Numbered from the stretch's first letter, positions 19,069 to 27,966 are shown. The stretch: DNA of 64,000 nucleotides from Bacteroidota bacterium (GCA_018333525.1 JAGXTF010000076.1:57424-121423), one strand, 5' to 3'. Notes: generated by a model from the letters alone, not told the origin. Numbers and translations are program-made.

Positions 19069-19503
19069 ATGGTTACAGATTTTAAGTCATTCACATCAAA
19101 ATTAATTTTGCTGAGAATAAGTCTTGGTATTGTATATTTATGGTTTGGTTATTTAAAGTTCTTTCCGCATCTCAGTCCAGCGGAAAACCTTGCACAGGAC
19201 ACTATAGACGCATTGTTTTTTAAATTAATTCCGAGAGAAATTTCCATCGTTATTTTGGCCATTATGGAATCCATAATTGGGATCTTTTTAATATTGGGGC
19301 GATACATCAGATTTTCTGTTTATCTGGCACTTTTTCATCTCGCCTGTACATTTACACCATTATTTTTGTATCCGAATCTTTGTTTTCAAAAAGCATTTGT
19401 TTTTACCATTCTAGGTCAATATATCGTGAAGAATATTGTGCTCGTAGCAGCGATGTTGCTTTTTTTACCGGACAAATCCAGGTCTTCACCTGAATTGAAC
19501 TAA
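19069..19503 (+). CDS. DoxX-like small integral membrane protein.
   Basis: 'LLRISLGIVYLWFGYLKF' resembles the DoxX motif, and there are four predicted TM helices. Confidence 0.45.
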   Translation: MVTDFKSFTSKLILLRISLGIVYLWFGYLKFFPHLSPAENLAQDTIDALFFKLIPREISIVILAIMESIIGIFLILGRYIRFSVYLALFHLACTFTPLFLYPNLCFQKAFVFTILGQYIVKNIVLVAAMLLFLPDKSRSSPELN

Positions 19504-19587
19504 ATAGAATACATCAAAGAAAATGTATTCAAGCAGGTTTCCCATTTCATTGCTTAACCCTTAATTTCGCGGCACCATTCATAAATC

Positions 19588-20964
19588 ATGAAATTTGACA
19601 TTGCAGTTATTGGAAGTGGCCCTGGTGGCTATGTTGCAGCGATTCGCGCAGCTCAACTCGGCAAAAGTGTTGCCATTATAGAGAGATCAGAACTAGGCGG
19701 CATCTGCCTGAATTGGGGTTGCATTCCCACCAAAGCGCTGTTGAAAAGTGCCCAGGTTTTTGATTATATCAACCACGCCACTGATTATGGAATTACTGTT
19801 GGCGAAAAGAATGTAGATTTTGACAACATGGTAAAACGCAGTCGTGGTGTTGCTGCAGGTATGAGCAAAGGCGTTGAGTTTTTGATGAAGAAAAACAAAA
19901 TCACTGTAATAAAAGGAAAAGGAAAACTTGCCGGTAAAGGCAAAATTGCAGTGGAAGGTGGAGAGAATGTAGAAGCTGAACATATTATTCTGGCTACCGG
20001 TGCACGTAGCAGAGAACTGCCAAATATAAAGATCGATGGTAAATATGTAATAGGCTACAGAGAAGCCATGGTTTTGCCAAAACAACCGAAAGAAATGCTG
20101 GTGATTGGAAGTGGCGCAATAGGAATGGAATTCGCCTATTTCTACCATACCATTGGCACCAAAGTGACAATAGTAGAATTCATGCCGCGTATCCTTCCCA
20201 TTGAAGATGAAGAAGTGAGTAAAACTATGGCCATGAGTTTTAAAAAGAAAGGCATGGAAATCCTAACAGATTCTTCCGTAGAAAAAGTGGAAATCAAAGG
20301 CGAACGATGCCATGTAACTGTAAAAACTAAGGATGGAGAAAAACAATACGAATGCGATATCGTATTGAGTGCGGCAGGTGTTCAGACCAATCTCGAAAAT
20401 TTGGGGTTGGAAGAAATGGGAGTAAAAACAGATAAAGGAAAAGTGCTGGTAGATGAATATTACCGCACCAATGTTCCCGGAGTATATGCTATTGGCGATA
20501 TTGTACCAGGTCCGGCGCTTGCACACGTTGCAAGTGCAGAAGGAATTACCTGTGTGGAACATATTGCAGGTGTACATACCGAGCCAATTAATTATGGCAA
20601 TATCCCGGGTTGTACATACACCCATCCTGAAGTAGCTTCAGTGGGATTAACTGAAACCCAGGCAAAAGAGAAAGGCTACGAAATTCTCGTTGGCAAATTC
20701 CCATTCAGCGCAAGCGGAAAAGCCAGTGCCGGTGGACATAAAGAAGGATTTGTAAAAGTGATCTTTGACAAGAAATACGGAGAATGGCTGGGTTGCCATA
20801 TGGTTGGCGAAGGCGTAACCGATATGATTATTGAAGCTGTGGTTGCCAGAAATCTGGAAACTACAGGCCATGAAATCATCAAGAGCATTCACCCGCATCC
20901 TACCATGAGCGAATCTGTAATGGAAGCAGTAGCTCAGGCTTACGGCGAGTGCATTCACTTGTAA
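19588..20964 (+). CDS. lpdA: Dihydrolipoyl dehydrogenase (E3).
   Basis: FAD-binding motif 'IGSGPGGYVAAIRAAQLG'. Redox-active disulfide 'GGICLNWGCIPTK'. C-terminal dimerisation motif 'HPHPTMSE'. Confidence 0.9.
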   Translation: MKFDIAVIGSGPGGYVAAIRAAQLGKSVAIIERSELGGICLNWGCIPTKALLKSAQVFDYINHATDYGITVGEKNVDFDNMVKRSRGVAAGMSKGVEFLMKKNKITVIKGKGKLAGKGKIAVEGGENVEAEHIILATGARSRELPNIKIDGKYVIGYREAMVLPKQPKEMLVIGSGAIGMEFAYFYHTIGTKVTIVEFMPRILPIEDEEVSKTMAMSFKKKGMEILTDSSVEKVEIKGERCHVTVKTKDGEKQYECDIVLSAAGVQTNLENLGLEEMGVKTDKGKVLVDEYYRTNVPGVYAIGDIVPGPALAHVASAEGITCVEHIAGVHTEPINYGNIPGCTYTHPEVASVGLTETQAKEKGYEILVGKFPFSASGKASAGGHKEGFVKVIFDKKYGEWLGCHMVGEGVTDMIIEAVVARNLETTGHEIIKSIHPHPTMSESVMEAVAQAYGECIHL

Positions 20965-21168
20965 GATATACAAAGTAGCGGCTTACAGCTGCAATCCCCG
21001 AAGTAGGCACTACCGACAGGTTGTTTGTAATTGTCGATTATCGTGAACTTCCAACATCGAACTTCGAACATCTGACATTGAACATGTCTGACTGACATTT
21101 TTCTTTACATTTTTTTACCACAATATTTGACAATCTGAAAAAAGGCTGTTAAATTACCCACCGAAACG

Positions 21169-22602
21169 TTGACCATTTTTTTATCAACCATGCTTTATGC
21201 TGTTGTAGATATTGAAACCACCGGTGGTATGCCGGGCAATTCCAGAATCACGGAAGTGTGTGTGGTTGTTACGGATGGTAAAAACATCAAGCAACGTTTC
21301 GAAACTTTGCTAAATCCCGGAGTACCAATTCCTTCCGGAATAACCACACTTACCGGAATTGACGATGCTATGGTTGCGGCAGCACCTGTATTCGCGGATA
21401 TTGCGCAGGAGTTGCATCATTTACTGCACGACAAGATTTTTGTGGCGCACAATGTCAATTTCGACTACAGCTTTATTCACCGGGAATTTGAACATCTGGG
21501 ATTGCCATTTTCGGTACAGAAAGTATGTTCGGCAAAGGCTGCGCGCAAGGCATTTCCAGGACAGAGAAGTTACAGTCTGGGGAATATTTGTGCGCATTTA
21601 CAAATAGAAATTCATAACCGGCACAGGGCGGGTGGCGATGCGGACGCCACGGCTACTTTGCTTGAACGCATCATTGCTTTTGCGGGCGAGGAAATATTAT
21701 TGGAAATGGCTGGAAGGAGTTCCAGGCAAATCACCCTCCCTCCCGGTATTGAATGGGCAGATATAGAAAAACTACCCGCTACTCCCGGTGTTTATTACTT
21801 CCTGGGAAACACCGGGAAACCCCTTTATGTGGGCAAGGCCATCAATTTGCGAAAACGGGTCATTCAACATTTCGATCGCAAGCGTGGAAAAAGCGCGCTG
21901 CAACTGGAACAGGTGAAAGCTATCGATTTTGAAGAAACCGGCAGTGAACTGATGGCTTTGCTGGTAGAGGCGGAAGCCATACATCGGCTTTGGCCGGCGT
22001 GGAACAAAGCGGGAAAGTTGCCCTCCAACCGATATGCAATCGTGCATTATCCCACTGCAGAAGGTGAATTGCGTTTGCAAATAGCCAGAAGAAGCAGGGG
22101 GAGTGCTGCGGGAATACCCTTTTCCAGATTGGGAGATGCAAAAGCTGCACTTTCCAAAATGATCAGCGAAAATGGGATATGCGCATCTCGTGCATTTTCG
22201 AATAAAGGATGTAAAGATCCGACCTGTTATTGCCAGGAATCTGCCGAAGCGAGAAAAGGCATTCACAATGCCAGAATTGAACAGGCTCTGGAATCCCATT
22301 TGAAAATCAATGAGGCATTTTTGATTTTATGCAGGGGCAGAAATGAAGAAGAAACCGGTGTGGTTTATATGCGAAACGGGGCTGTTTGCGGATGGGGATA
22401 TGCAGATGAAATTCATGCAAATTCAGACCCGGAATTTCTGGTGAAAAAAATCCCCGATATCGCGTCTACCAGAGCCATAGCCGGTATGTTTCTCAGACGT
22501 ATGCTGGCAGGAACTGCGTACGGATACAATCTGATGTCACTGGAAAAAGAAATGGTTACTTCAAAAGAATCCAAAAAGAAAAAATCCACCATTAAAAATT
22601 AA
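21169..22602 (+). CDS. DnaQ-like DEDDh 3'-5' exonuclease fused to a GIY-YIG (Cho/UvrC-like) nuclease domain, plus a ~190-aa C-terminal region of unknown function.
   Basis: Exo I motif 'YAVVDIETTGG' and Exo III region 'HRAGGDADATA'. GIY-YIG motif 'PGVYYFLGNTGKPLYVGKAINLRKRVIQHF'. The architecture resembles the mycobacterial DnaQ-Cho fusion. Confidence 0.7.
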   Translation: MTIFLSTMLYAVVDIETTGGMPGNSRITEVCVVVTDGKNIKQRFETLLNPGVPIPSGITTLTGIDDAMVAAAPVFADIAQELHHLLHDKIFVAHNVNFDYSFIHREFEHLGLPFSVQKVCSAKAARKAFPGQRSYSLGNICAHLQIEIHNRHRAGGDADATATLLERIIAFAGEEILLEMAGRSSRQITLPPGIEWADIEKLPATPGVYYFLGNTGKPLYVGKAINLRKRVIQHFDRKRGKSALQLEQVKAIDFEETGSELMALLVEAEAIHRLWPAWNKAGKLPSNRYAIVHYPTAEGELRLQIARRSRGSAAGIPFSRLGDAKAALSKMISENGICASRAFSNKGCKDPTCYCQESAEARKGIHNARIEQALESHLKINEAFLILCRGRNEEETGVVYMRNGAVCGWGYADEIHANSDPEFLVKKIPDIASTRAIAGMFLRRMLAGTAYGYNLMSLEKEMVTSKESKKKKSTIKN

Positions 22603-22615
22603 AATAAATATTCAT

Positions 22616-23434
22616 ATGTATCTGAAAGAAAATATCAAATTGTTGCGCAAACGGCGCAAAAGAAGTCAGGAAGATGTTGCCAAATCCCTGAACATTACAA
22701 GGTCTGCCTACAATAGCTATGAAAATGGTGTTGCAGAACCCGGCATTACGGTATTGTTAAAACTTGCTGATTTTTATCAGGTAAATCTGGATAAACTCGT
22801 AAAGATAGATTTGTCTACTCTTGCAGAAAGTCAATTGTCGCAATTGGAAAAAGGATTCGATATGGACCTCAGCGGAACGCGACTTCGGGTGCTCGCTACA
22901 ACGGTTTCTCCGGAAGACAATGAGAATGTGGAATTGGTTTCTGTAAAGGCAAGGGCCGGATATACAACCGGATACGCGGATCCGGATTTTATTAAAGTAT
23001 TGCCAGCATTTAATTTGCCTTTTTTATCTCCAAATAAAAAATACAGGAGTTTTCCAATTCTGGGAGACAGCATGCCTCCTGTTGCAGAAGGAGCTTTTGT
23101 AACCGGAGAATATGTACAAAACTGGAATTTAATTCGCAATGGAAATCCTTATATTATTGTAACCGCGGATGATGGAATTGTTTTTAAAGTAGTGTACAAC
23201 CGCATAGATGAAGATGGTACCATTTTACTGTGCAGTACAAATCCATTGTACAAACCTTATACAGTAAAAGTGAATGATGTACTTGAGGTTTGGAAGTTTG
23301 TAAATTATATCAATCCAAAATTTGAAGAACCTCAAAACACGGAAAGCGATGATGTTGGGCCTGCTCTGCGTGTAATCCAGCGTGAGATAGGAATGATCAA
23401 AGAAAAAGTGATGGCAATCGAAGAAAAAATATGA
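22616..23434 (+). CDS. XRE-family HTH transcriptional regulator with a C-terminal S24 (LexA/CI-like) autopeptidase domain.
   Basis: HTH_XRE 'LLRKRRKRSQEDVAKSLNITRSAYNSYENG'. S24 Ser motif 'FPILGDSMPP' and the downstream Lys region 'IVFKVVYN'. It starts 13 bp after the exonuclease gene, so the two are probably co-transcribed. Confidence 0.7.
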   Translation: MYLKENIKLLRKRRKRSQEDVAKSLNITRSAYNSYENGVAEPGITVLLKLADFYQVNLDKLVKIDLSTLAESQLSQLEKGFDMDLSGTRLRVLATTVSPEDNENVELVSVKARAGYTTGYADPDFIKVLPAFNLPFLSPNKKYRSFPILGDSMPPVAEGAFVTGEYVQNWNLIRNGNPYIIVTADDGIVFKVVYNRIDEDGTILLCSTNPLYKPYTVKVNDVLEVWKFVNYINPKFEEPQNTESDDVGPALRVIQREIGMIKEKVMAIEEKI

Positions 23435-23631
23435 TGTTATTACAGGAACCTCCAAAAAAATTCAAATTGCAATCCGCATTGATCAAAAATGCTTATTCTG
23501 AATTGTTTGTTTCCGGAACTCCGAATTTAACAAGTAATTTTATTCCACAGGAAAAAGAAAAACACGAACCCAAATCTCTCAAGGAAATTATGATGAAAAT
23601 GGGAGTTTTGGAAGAAATAAAAAGTATATAA
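23431..23631 (+). CDS. Small hypothetical protein (66 aa); doubtful.
   Basis: Its ATG overlaps the stop of the XRE/S24 gene (ATGA). There are no recognisable motifs, and it lies directly upstream of the tandem repeat array. Confidence 0.25.
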   Translation: MMLLQEPPKKFKLQSALIKNAYSELFVSGTPNLTSNFIPQEKEKHEPKSLKEIMMKMGVLEEIKSI

Positions 23632-23640
23632 GCGAGGGAT

Positions 23641-24145
23641 GTGGGAAGTTAAACGTGAGAAGTGAGATGTTAAAAGCAAACAGCTATTCGAAGACGTGTA
23701 CCGTTGTTGGTGTTTACTTTCAGCTTCTATGTTTGTCATCGATTTTGTTATACGGCTGAAAGTCACCAACAACGCCAAGCCTTTGAGTATGTGGGAAGTA
23801 AGACGTGAGACGTCAGAAGTTAAAAACAAACAGCCTTTCGACGACGAGTCCTGTTGTTGGTGTTTACTTTCAGCTTCTATGTTTGTCATCGATTTTGTTA
23901 TACGGCTGAAAGTCACCAACAACGCCAAGCCTTTGAGTATGTGGGAAGTAAGACGTGAGAAGTCAGAAGTTAAAAACAAACAGCCAATCGAAGACAGGTA
24001 CCGTTGTTGGTGTTTACTTTCAGCATCTTTGGATATCGCAGATTTTGTTATTCGGCTGAAAGTCACTAACAACGCAGGGTCCAGAACAAAATTTCAATGT
24101 TAAATTTCCAATTGTCATGCGGCCGAAATTCACCAATTACGCATC
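23641..24145. repeat. Tandem array of 3 full + 1 degenerate copy of a 150-bp repeat, each carrying a conserved imperfect 19-bp inverted repeat (hairpin).
   Basis: Units begin with 'gtgggaagt' at 23641, 23791 and 23941, giving a period of exactly 150 bp. The 3' 90 bp of units 1 and 2 are identical and contain GTTGTTGGTG(ttta)CTTTCAGC ... GCTGAAAG-TCACCAACAAC with a ~30-nt loop. The 5' ~60 bp are diverged. A degenerate partial copy follows at ~24091-24145. Confidence 0.8.
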
Positions 24146-24146
24146 A

Positions 24147-26144
24147 TTACTTTGTTTTCTGTTTTAATTGTTTCAGCATTTTTACCGCAGTTTTTTGATT
24201 CTTTTTAACGGTTTTTTGGTTTTCCCTAATCGCTTTTTTTACGCCTTTCATATATTCCTTCTGATCCTCTCCGCGACCTTTGTCCAATACCTTTTCCAGC
24301 TTCATCTCCCATAACAGCCAACCCATTTCTTCCCCCCCTACCAAATCCATGGAATATTTCAAATCATCTACCACATCCAAAATCGGCTTTTTCCATTCCT
24401 TTGTCCATTCATATTCCTCTTTTCTATATGCAAAATACTCATTTGAAAAAGCATTGTAATCTTCTATAAAATCAGAATTGGATTCTGTATAAGATTTCTT
24501 TTTCATCCATAAGTTTACCTGACGGGAATACAATTTATGTATCGCTTTGCTTTGTTTGGTGAATGACGTAAAAAACATGGCAAGACTGTCTGAAAGTGGC
24601 GAACCATTCATAAATAAAACAGAATCATGCATGAGTTTATGTTGCATCATGGAATCCCGCAAGTAGCCCGGTATATAATCCAAATCGTCTAATCCCTGAA
24701 ACATTCTGGCATGTACCCGGCTCAAAATCTGGTCCATATCTTCCTGATTGTTTTCCCTAACTGCACGAACCATAAAAGCATGATCGTCCCATATTTTGTA
24801 TATACTTTTTTGCAATTTATAAATGCGGTCTTTCATCGCTTTTAAGCTGTCTTCATTGTTTGCAATTACAGCATCTATCAGAGGCACTTTCTGTTCCTTC
24901 CCATGCCCCGGAGCAGCCCAGGCAGCCCTTTTAAAAGAATTCTTCATGGTTGCATTGTACATTTCATGGCTGGTCTCTTCAAATTTCACAATTTCATTTA
25001 CCACTTTAATAACAGCCTTTACTGAACGCTTGATTCTGGATTTATCTGCCTTGCATTGCTGCAACATTTTTTTGTTGTGGTCATTGCAGGTTTTAAATTT
25101 CTTTTTACGCAATGCTGAAAGTTCGGCACGCTGATTTTTGGCCATTACCAAGGATGAATCATAAAAAAGCAAAGCTGTATCATGCCAACGAATCACCAGA
25201 TTTAACTGCTCTTCATCATCCCCATTTTCAGCAATCATTTCGTTCAGGTTTTTCACACCCAGCATTCCATATGAATTTGCAGCATCCAAATAATCCCTCT
25301 TATTCCATTTTTGTGCATGAAAGCCGGAAACTATCCATTGATCTTCCTCAGATAATTTCGCATATGCGTCCTGATCTGTGAAATCTTCCGGTTCATTTAT
25401 TTTCGAAATGCTTTGGCCTTCACCACGAAAGTGAGCGGAATCCAAACTCCAGCTATTTGAGCTGATGGTATGTTTCAACAGTTGCCAAATTGGATCCGCA
25501 GAAAGATGGTTGTAACTGAAATATTCACCATTTCTAAAGAAATACTGCGAATTGGGTTGGGAATAAAATTTAGGTTTGAAATAATATCGCTGCACTTTTC
25601 CGAAACTTAAAATCTTCATTAATTTTCCTTTAAAAGTTTGTCTTACCCATTCAATATAACCTGCATCCCACGTTGCGTCGAACAAACACCATGTTCCGTT
25701 TATTTTTACAGCGTTCCAGGCGTGGGTGCTGAAATAAAGTCTTTCTTCCAAATCTTCTCCCGGATGTTTGATATATCCGAATACCGTAACTGATTCCAGC
25801 CCTGCGTTTCTGCATAGTGCATTGAACAAATCTGCATATCCCAGACAAATGGCTTTTTTCTTGCGGATGATTTTATTTACATCTACCCTTTTAAAATCAT
25901 TGACCATTACTTTATGGATGTCATAAGAAATATTATGGGTAACCCAGGAGTATATCGCACAAACTTTTTCACTATCGTCACTAAGATCTTTTGTGAGTGC
26001 TTCTGCCAGCTTCACCGGATTTGCATTGAATCTTGCCGGGAGTTTTTTGTGGCATTCCAAAGACTGCGATACCTTTTGAGATTGACCAAATGCCGCGCCT
26101 GTAATAAATAGACTTACTAAAATTACAAAAGAAAAGTATTTCAT
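24147..26144 (-). CDS. Secreted transglutaminase-like domain protein with a lysine-rich coiled-coil C-terminus.
   Basis: Signal peptide 'MKYFSFVILVSLFITGAAFGQ'. Transglutaminase-like core with Cys in 'KKKAICLGYADLFNALCRNAG' and His/Asp in 'THAWNAVKINGTWCLFDATWD'. C-terminal K/E-rich tail. Confidence 0.55.
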   Translation of the reverse strand: MKYFSFVILVSLFITGAAFGQSQKVSQSLECHKKLPARFNANPVKLAEALTKDLSDDSEKVCAIYSWVTHNISYDIHKVMVNDFKRVDVNKIIRKKKAICLGYADLFNALCRNAGLESVTVFGYIKHPGEDLEERLYFSTHAWNAVKINGTWCLFDATWDAGYIEWVRQTFKGKLMKILSFGKVQRYYFKPKFYSQPNSQYFFRNGEYFSYNHLSADPIWQLLKHTISSNSWSLDSAHFRGEGQSISKINEPEDFTDQDAYAKLSEEDQWIVSGFHAQKWNKRDYLDAANSYGMLGVKNLNEMIAENGDDEEQLNLVIRWHDTALLFYDSSLVMAKNQRAELSALRKKKFKTCNDHNKKMLQQCKADKSRIKRSVKAVIKVVNEIVKFEETSHEMYNATMKNSFKRAAWAAPGHGKEQKVPLIDAVIANNEDSLKAMKDRIYKLQKSIYKIWDDHAFMVRAVRENNQEDMDQILSRVHARMFQGLDDLDYIPGYLRDSMMQHKLMHDSVLFMNGSPLSDSLAMFFTSFTKQSKAIHKLYSRQVNLWMKKKSYTESNSDFIEDYNAFSNEYFAYRKEEYEWTKEWKKPILDVVDDLKYSMDLVGGEEMGWLLWEMKLEKVLDKGRGEDQKEYMKGVKKAIRENQKTVKKNQKTAVKMLKQLKQKTK

Positions 26145-26212
26145 AAACTGACGTGAAAATATTGCAGAATGTTCTACTTACAATAGGTATAACAAAAAAG
26201 CATAACTGTTAT

Positions 26213-26220
26213 TACATTTG
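26213..26220 (+). promoter_or_regulatory. Candidate Bacteroidetes sigma-A -7 element (TAnnTTTG) for pdhA.
   Basis: 'TACATTTG' ends 7 nt upstream of the ATG at 26228. This would give a near-leaderless transcript, as is common in Bacteroidetes. No clear -33 TTG was found. Confidence 0.25.
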
Positions 26221-26227
26221 CAGCCAA

Positions 26228-27232
26228 ATGCCGCAATCCGCCGAGATGGAATTCGACAAAGAAATATATCTGAAATGGTACCACACCATGATGCTGGTAC
26301 GAAGATTTGAAGAAAAAAGTGCACAGCTTTACGGACAACAAAAAATCAGGGGCTTTTGCCATCTATACATAGGACAAGAAGCAATTGTAGCCGGAATGGT
26401 AAGTGCCATAACAAAAGACGATAAAGTTATTACTGCTTACAGAGACCATGGGCATGCACTTTCATTGGGTGTTACTCCGAATGAAGTAATGGCCGAACTC
26501 TATGGAAAAGCTACCGGATGCAGTGGTGGCAAAGGTGGAAGCATGCACATGTTCAGCAAAGAGCACAACTTTTTGGGCGGACATGGCATTGTGGGCGGAC
26601 AAATTCCATTGGGTGCCGGAATTGCCCTGGCTGAACAATACAACGGTACCAAAAATGTTTGTATTTGTTTTATGGGCGATGGCGCTGTAAGACAAGGTGC
26701 ATTGCATGAAACATTTAATATGGCTATGCTTTGGAAATTGCCGGTAATATTCATTTGTGAAAATAATGAATACGCCATGGGTACCAGTGTTTCGCGCACT
26801 ACCAATGTACTGGATATTTACAAAATAGGCAGTGCTTATGAAATGCCTAGTTTTCAGGTAGATGGCATGAAATGTGAGACTGTTCATGAATCCATTAGCG
26901 AAGCCTGCAATAGAGCGAGATCGGGTGAAGGACCAACATTTTTGGAGATCAAAACATACCGGTACCGCGGACATAGCATGAGTGACCCGGCAACCTATCG
27001 CAGCAAAGAGGAACTGAATGAATACAAACTTCAGGATCCGTTGGAAACCACTAAAAACACCATCATTCAAAAAGGTTACGCCACTGAAGCAGATTTAGAA
27101 AAAATGGAAGAAACCATTCAATCAGAAGTGAATGCCAGTGTGGACTTTGCTGAGAATTCGCCTTACCCGGATGCTTCTTTGTTATTCCGGGATGTATACG
27201 TGGAATCCGATTATCCTTTCATTATGGATTAA
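26228..27232 (+). CDS. pdhA: Pyruvate dehydrogenase (acetoin/2-oxoacid dehydrogenase) E1 component alpha subunit, TPP-dependent.
   Basis: 'YRFYLIGQEA'-type region 'FCHLYIGQEAIVAGM'. TPP-binding 'GDGAVRQGALHE'. Phosphorylation-loop-like 'YRYRGHSMSDP'. The start is moved to the internal Met (MPQSAEM...) because the -7 motif would otherwise fall inside the ORF. Confidence 0.8.
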   Translation: MPQSAEMEFDKEIYLKWYHTMMLVRRFEEKSAQLYGQQKIRGFCHLYIGQEAIVAGMVSAITKDDKVITAYRDHGHALSLGVTPNEVMAELYGKATGCSGGKGGSMHMFSKEHNFLGGHGIVGGQIPLGAGIALAEQYNGTKNVCICFMGDGAVRQGALHETFNMAMLWKLPVIFICENNEYAMGTSVSRTTNVLDIYKIGSAYEMPSFQVDGMKCETVHESISEACNRARSGEGPTFLEIKTYRYRGHSMSDPATYRSKEELNEYKLQDPLETTKNTIIQKGYATEADLEKMEETIQSEVNASVDFAENSPYPDASLLFRDVYVESDYPFIMD

Positions 27233-27284
27233 TGCTATTGCGTTTGCGTAGTTTCTTTTCTATTTTCGCGCCTCCTTTTATAAA

Positions 27285-27962
27285 ATGACATCAGAGAATT
27301 TCTGGAATAAAATTGTCCGAAGCTTAAGCGGTCTTTACGAAAAGAATCGCCGCCTTGTGAACATTGCTGGTATCAGCGTTGCTGTAGTAGTTGGCCTTAT
27401 ACTTACCTGGAGCTTATACTGGCATCCAAAACGCGAACATGAATCAGCAGCCAAGATCGCAAAACTTCACCATTACTTTGAAACCGATTCTTTTTCCATA
27501 GTAGTGAATGGAATTAAAGGCAAGAAAATGGCAACCGCCCCTCAAATTGCGGATGATTACGGATTTACTGAAAAAGGCAGAGAAGCCGCACTTATGGCTG
27601 GTTTGTCATACATGCACCTGGCCAAATGGGACAAAGCCATAAAATATCTGGATAAGGCAAAAGCGGACGATATTATCCTTGGCCCTTCCATATATGCAGC
27701 AAAAGGCACCTGTTATGCTGAAATGGATAAAACTGAAAAAGCAGCAGAAGCTTATGAAAAAGCTGCAAAAATGGGAGATAATGATTTCACTGCTGAATAT
27801 TATAAAAAGGCCGGCATGCACTATGAAAAGGCCAAAGAATATAAAGCAGCATTGCGTTGTTATCAGGAAATCAAAAGTCGTTTTGGCAAGACTGAAGTTG
27901 CCAGTGATATTGATAAATACATCTACAAAGTCAAGGGATTACTTGGCGAATTGAACAACTAG
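27285..27962 (+). CDS. Membrane-anchored tetratricopeptide-repeat protein.
   Basis: N-terminal TM 'IAGISVAVVVGLILTW' and TPR-like A/Y/K-rich repeats. It lies directly upstream of ribH. Confidence 0.5.
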   Translation: MTSENFWNKIVRSLSGLYEKNRRLVNIAGISVAVVVGLILTWSLYWHPKREHESAAKIAKLHHYFETDSFSIVVNGIKGKKMATAPQIADDYGFTEKGREAALMAGLSYMHLAKWDKAIKYLDKAKADDIILGPSIYAAKGTCYAEMDKTEKAAEAYEKAAKMGDNDFTAEYYKKAGMHYEKAKEYKAALRCYQEIKSRFGKTEVASDIDKYIYKVKGLLGELNN

Positions 27963-27966
27963 GCAG

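Noticed and set aside
21044-21100. A Cheo-box (CGAACRNRYGTTCG) LexA operator upstream of the exonuclease gene.
   Set aside because: GAAC half-sites are present only as direct repeats. No inverted GTTC partner exists, so it is not a canonical Cheo box. It is reported instead as a direct-repeat array.
23527-24103. Two long ORFs on opposite strands (23527..24072 - and 23696..24103 +) encoding internally repetitive 'proteins'.
   Set aside because: They lie entirely within the 150-bp (50-codon) tandem repeat, so any frame stays open across units. They have no start context or motifs, and ORFs on both strands are the expected artefact of a repeat that happens to lack stop codons.
23641-24145. CRISPR array interpretation of the tandem repeat.
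   Set aside because: The unit is 150 bp with no 25-40-bp repeat/spacer periodicity, the variable segments are homologous to each other (diverged copies, not unrelated spacers), and no cas genes are nearby.
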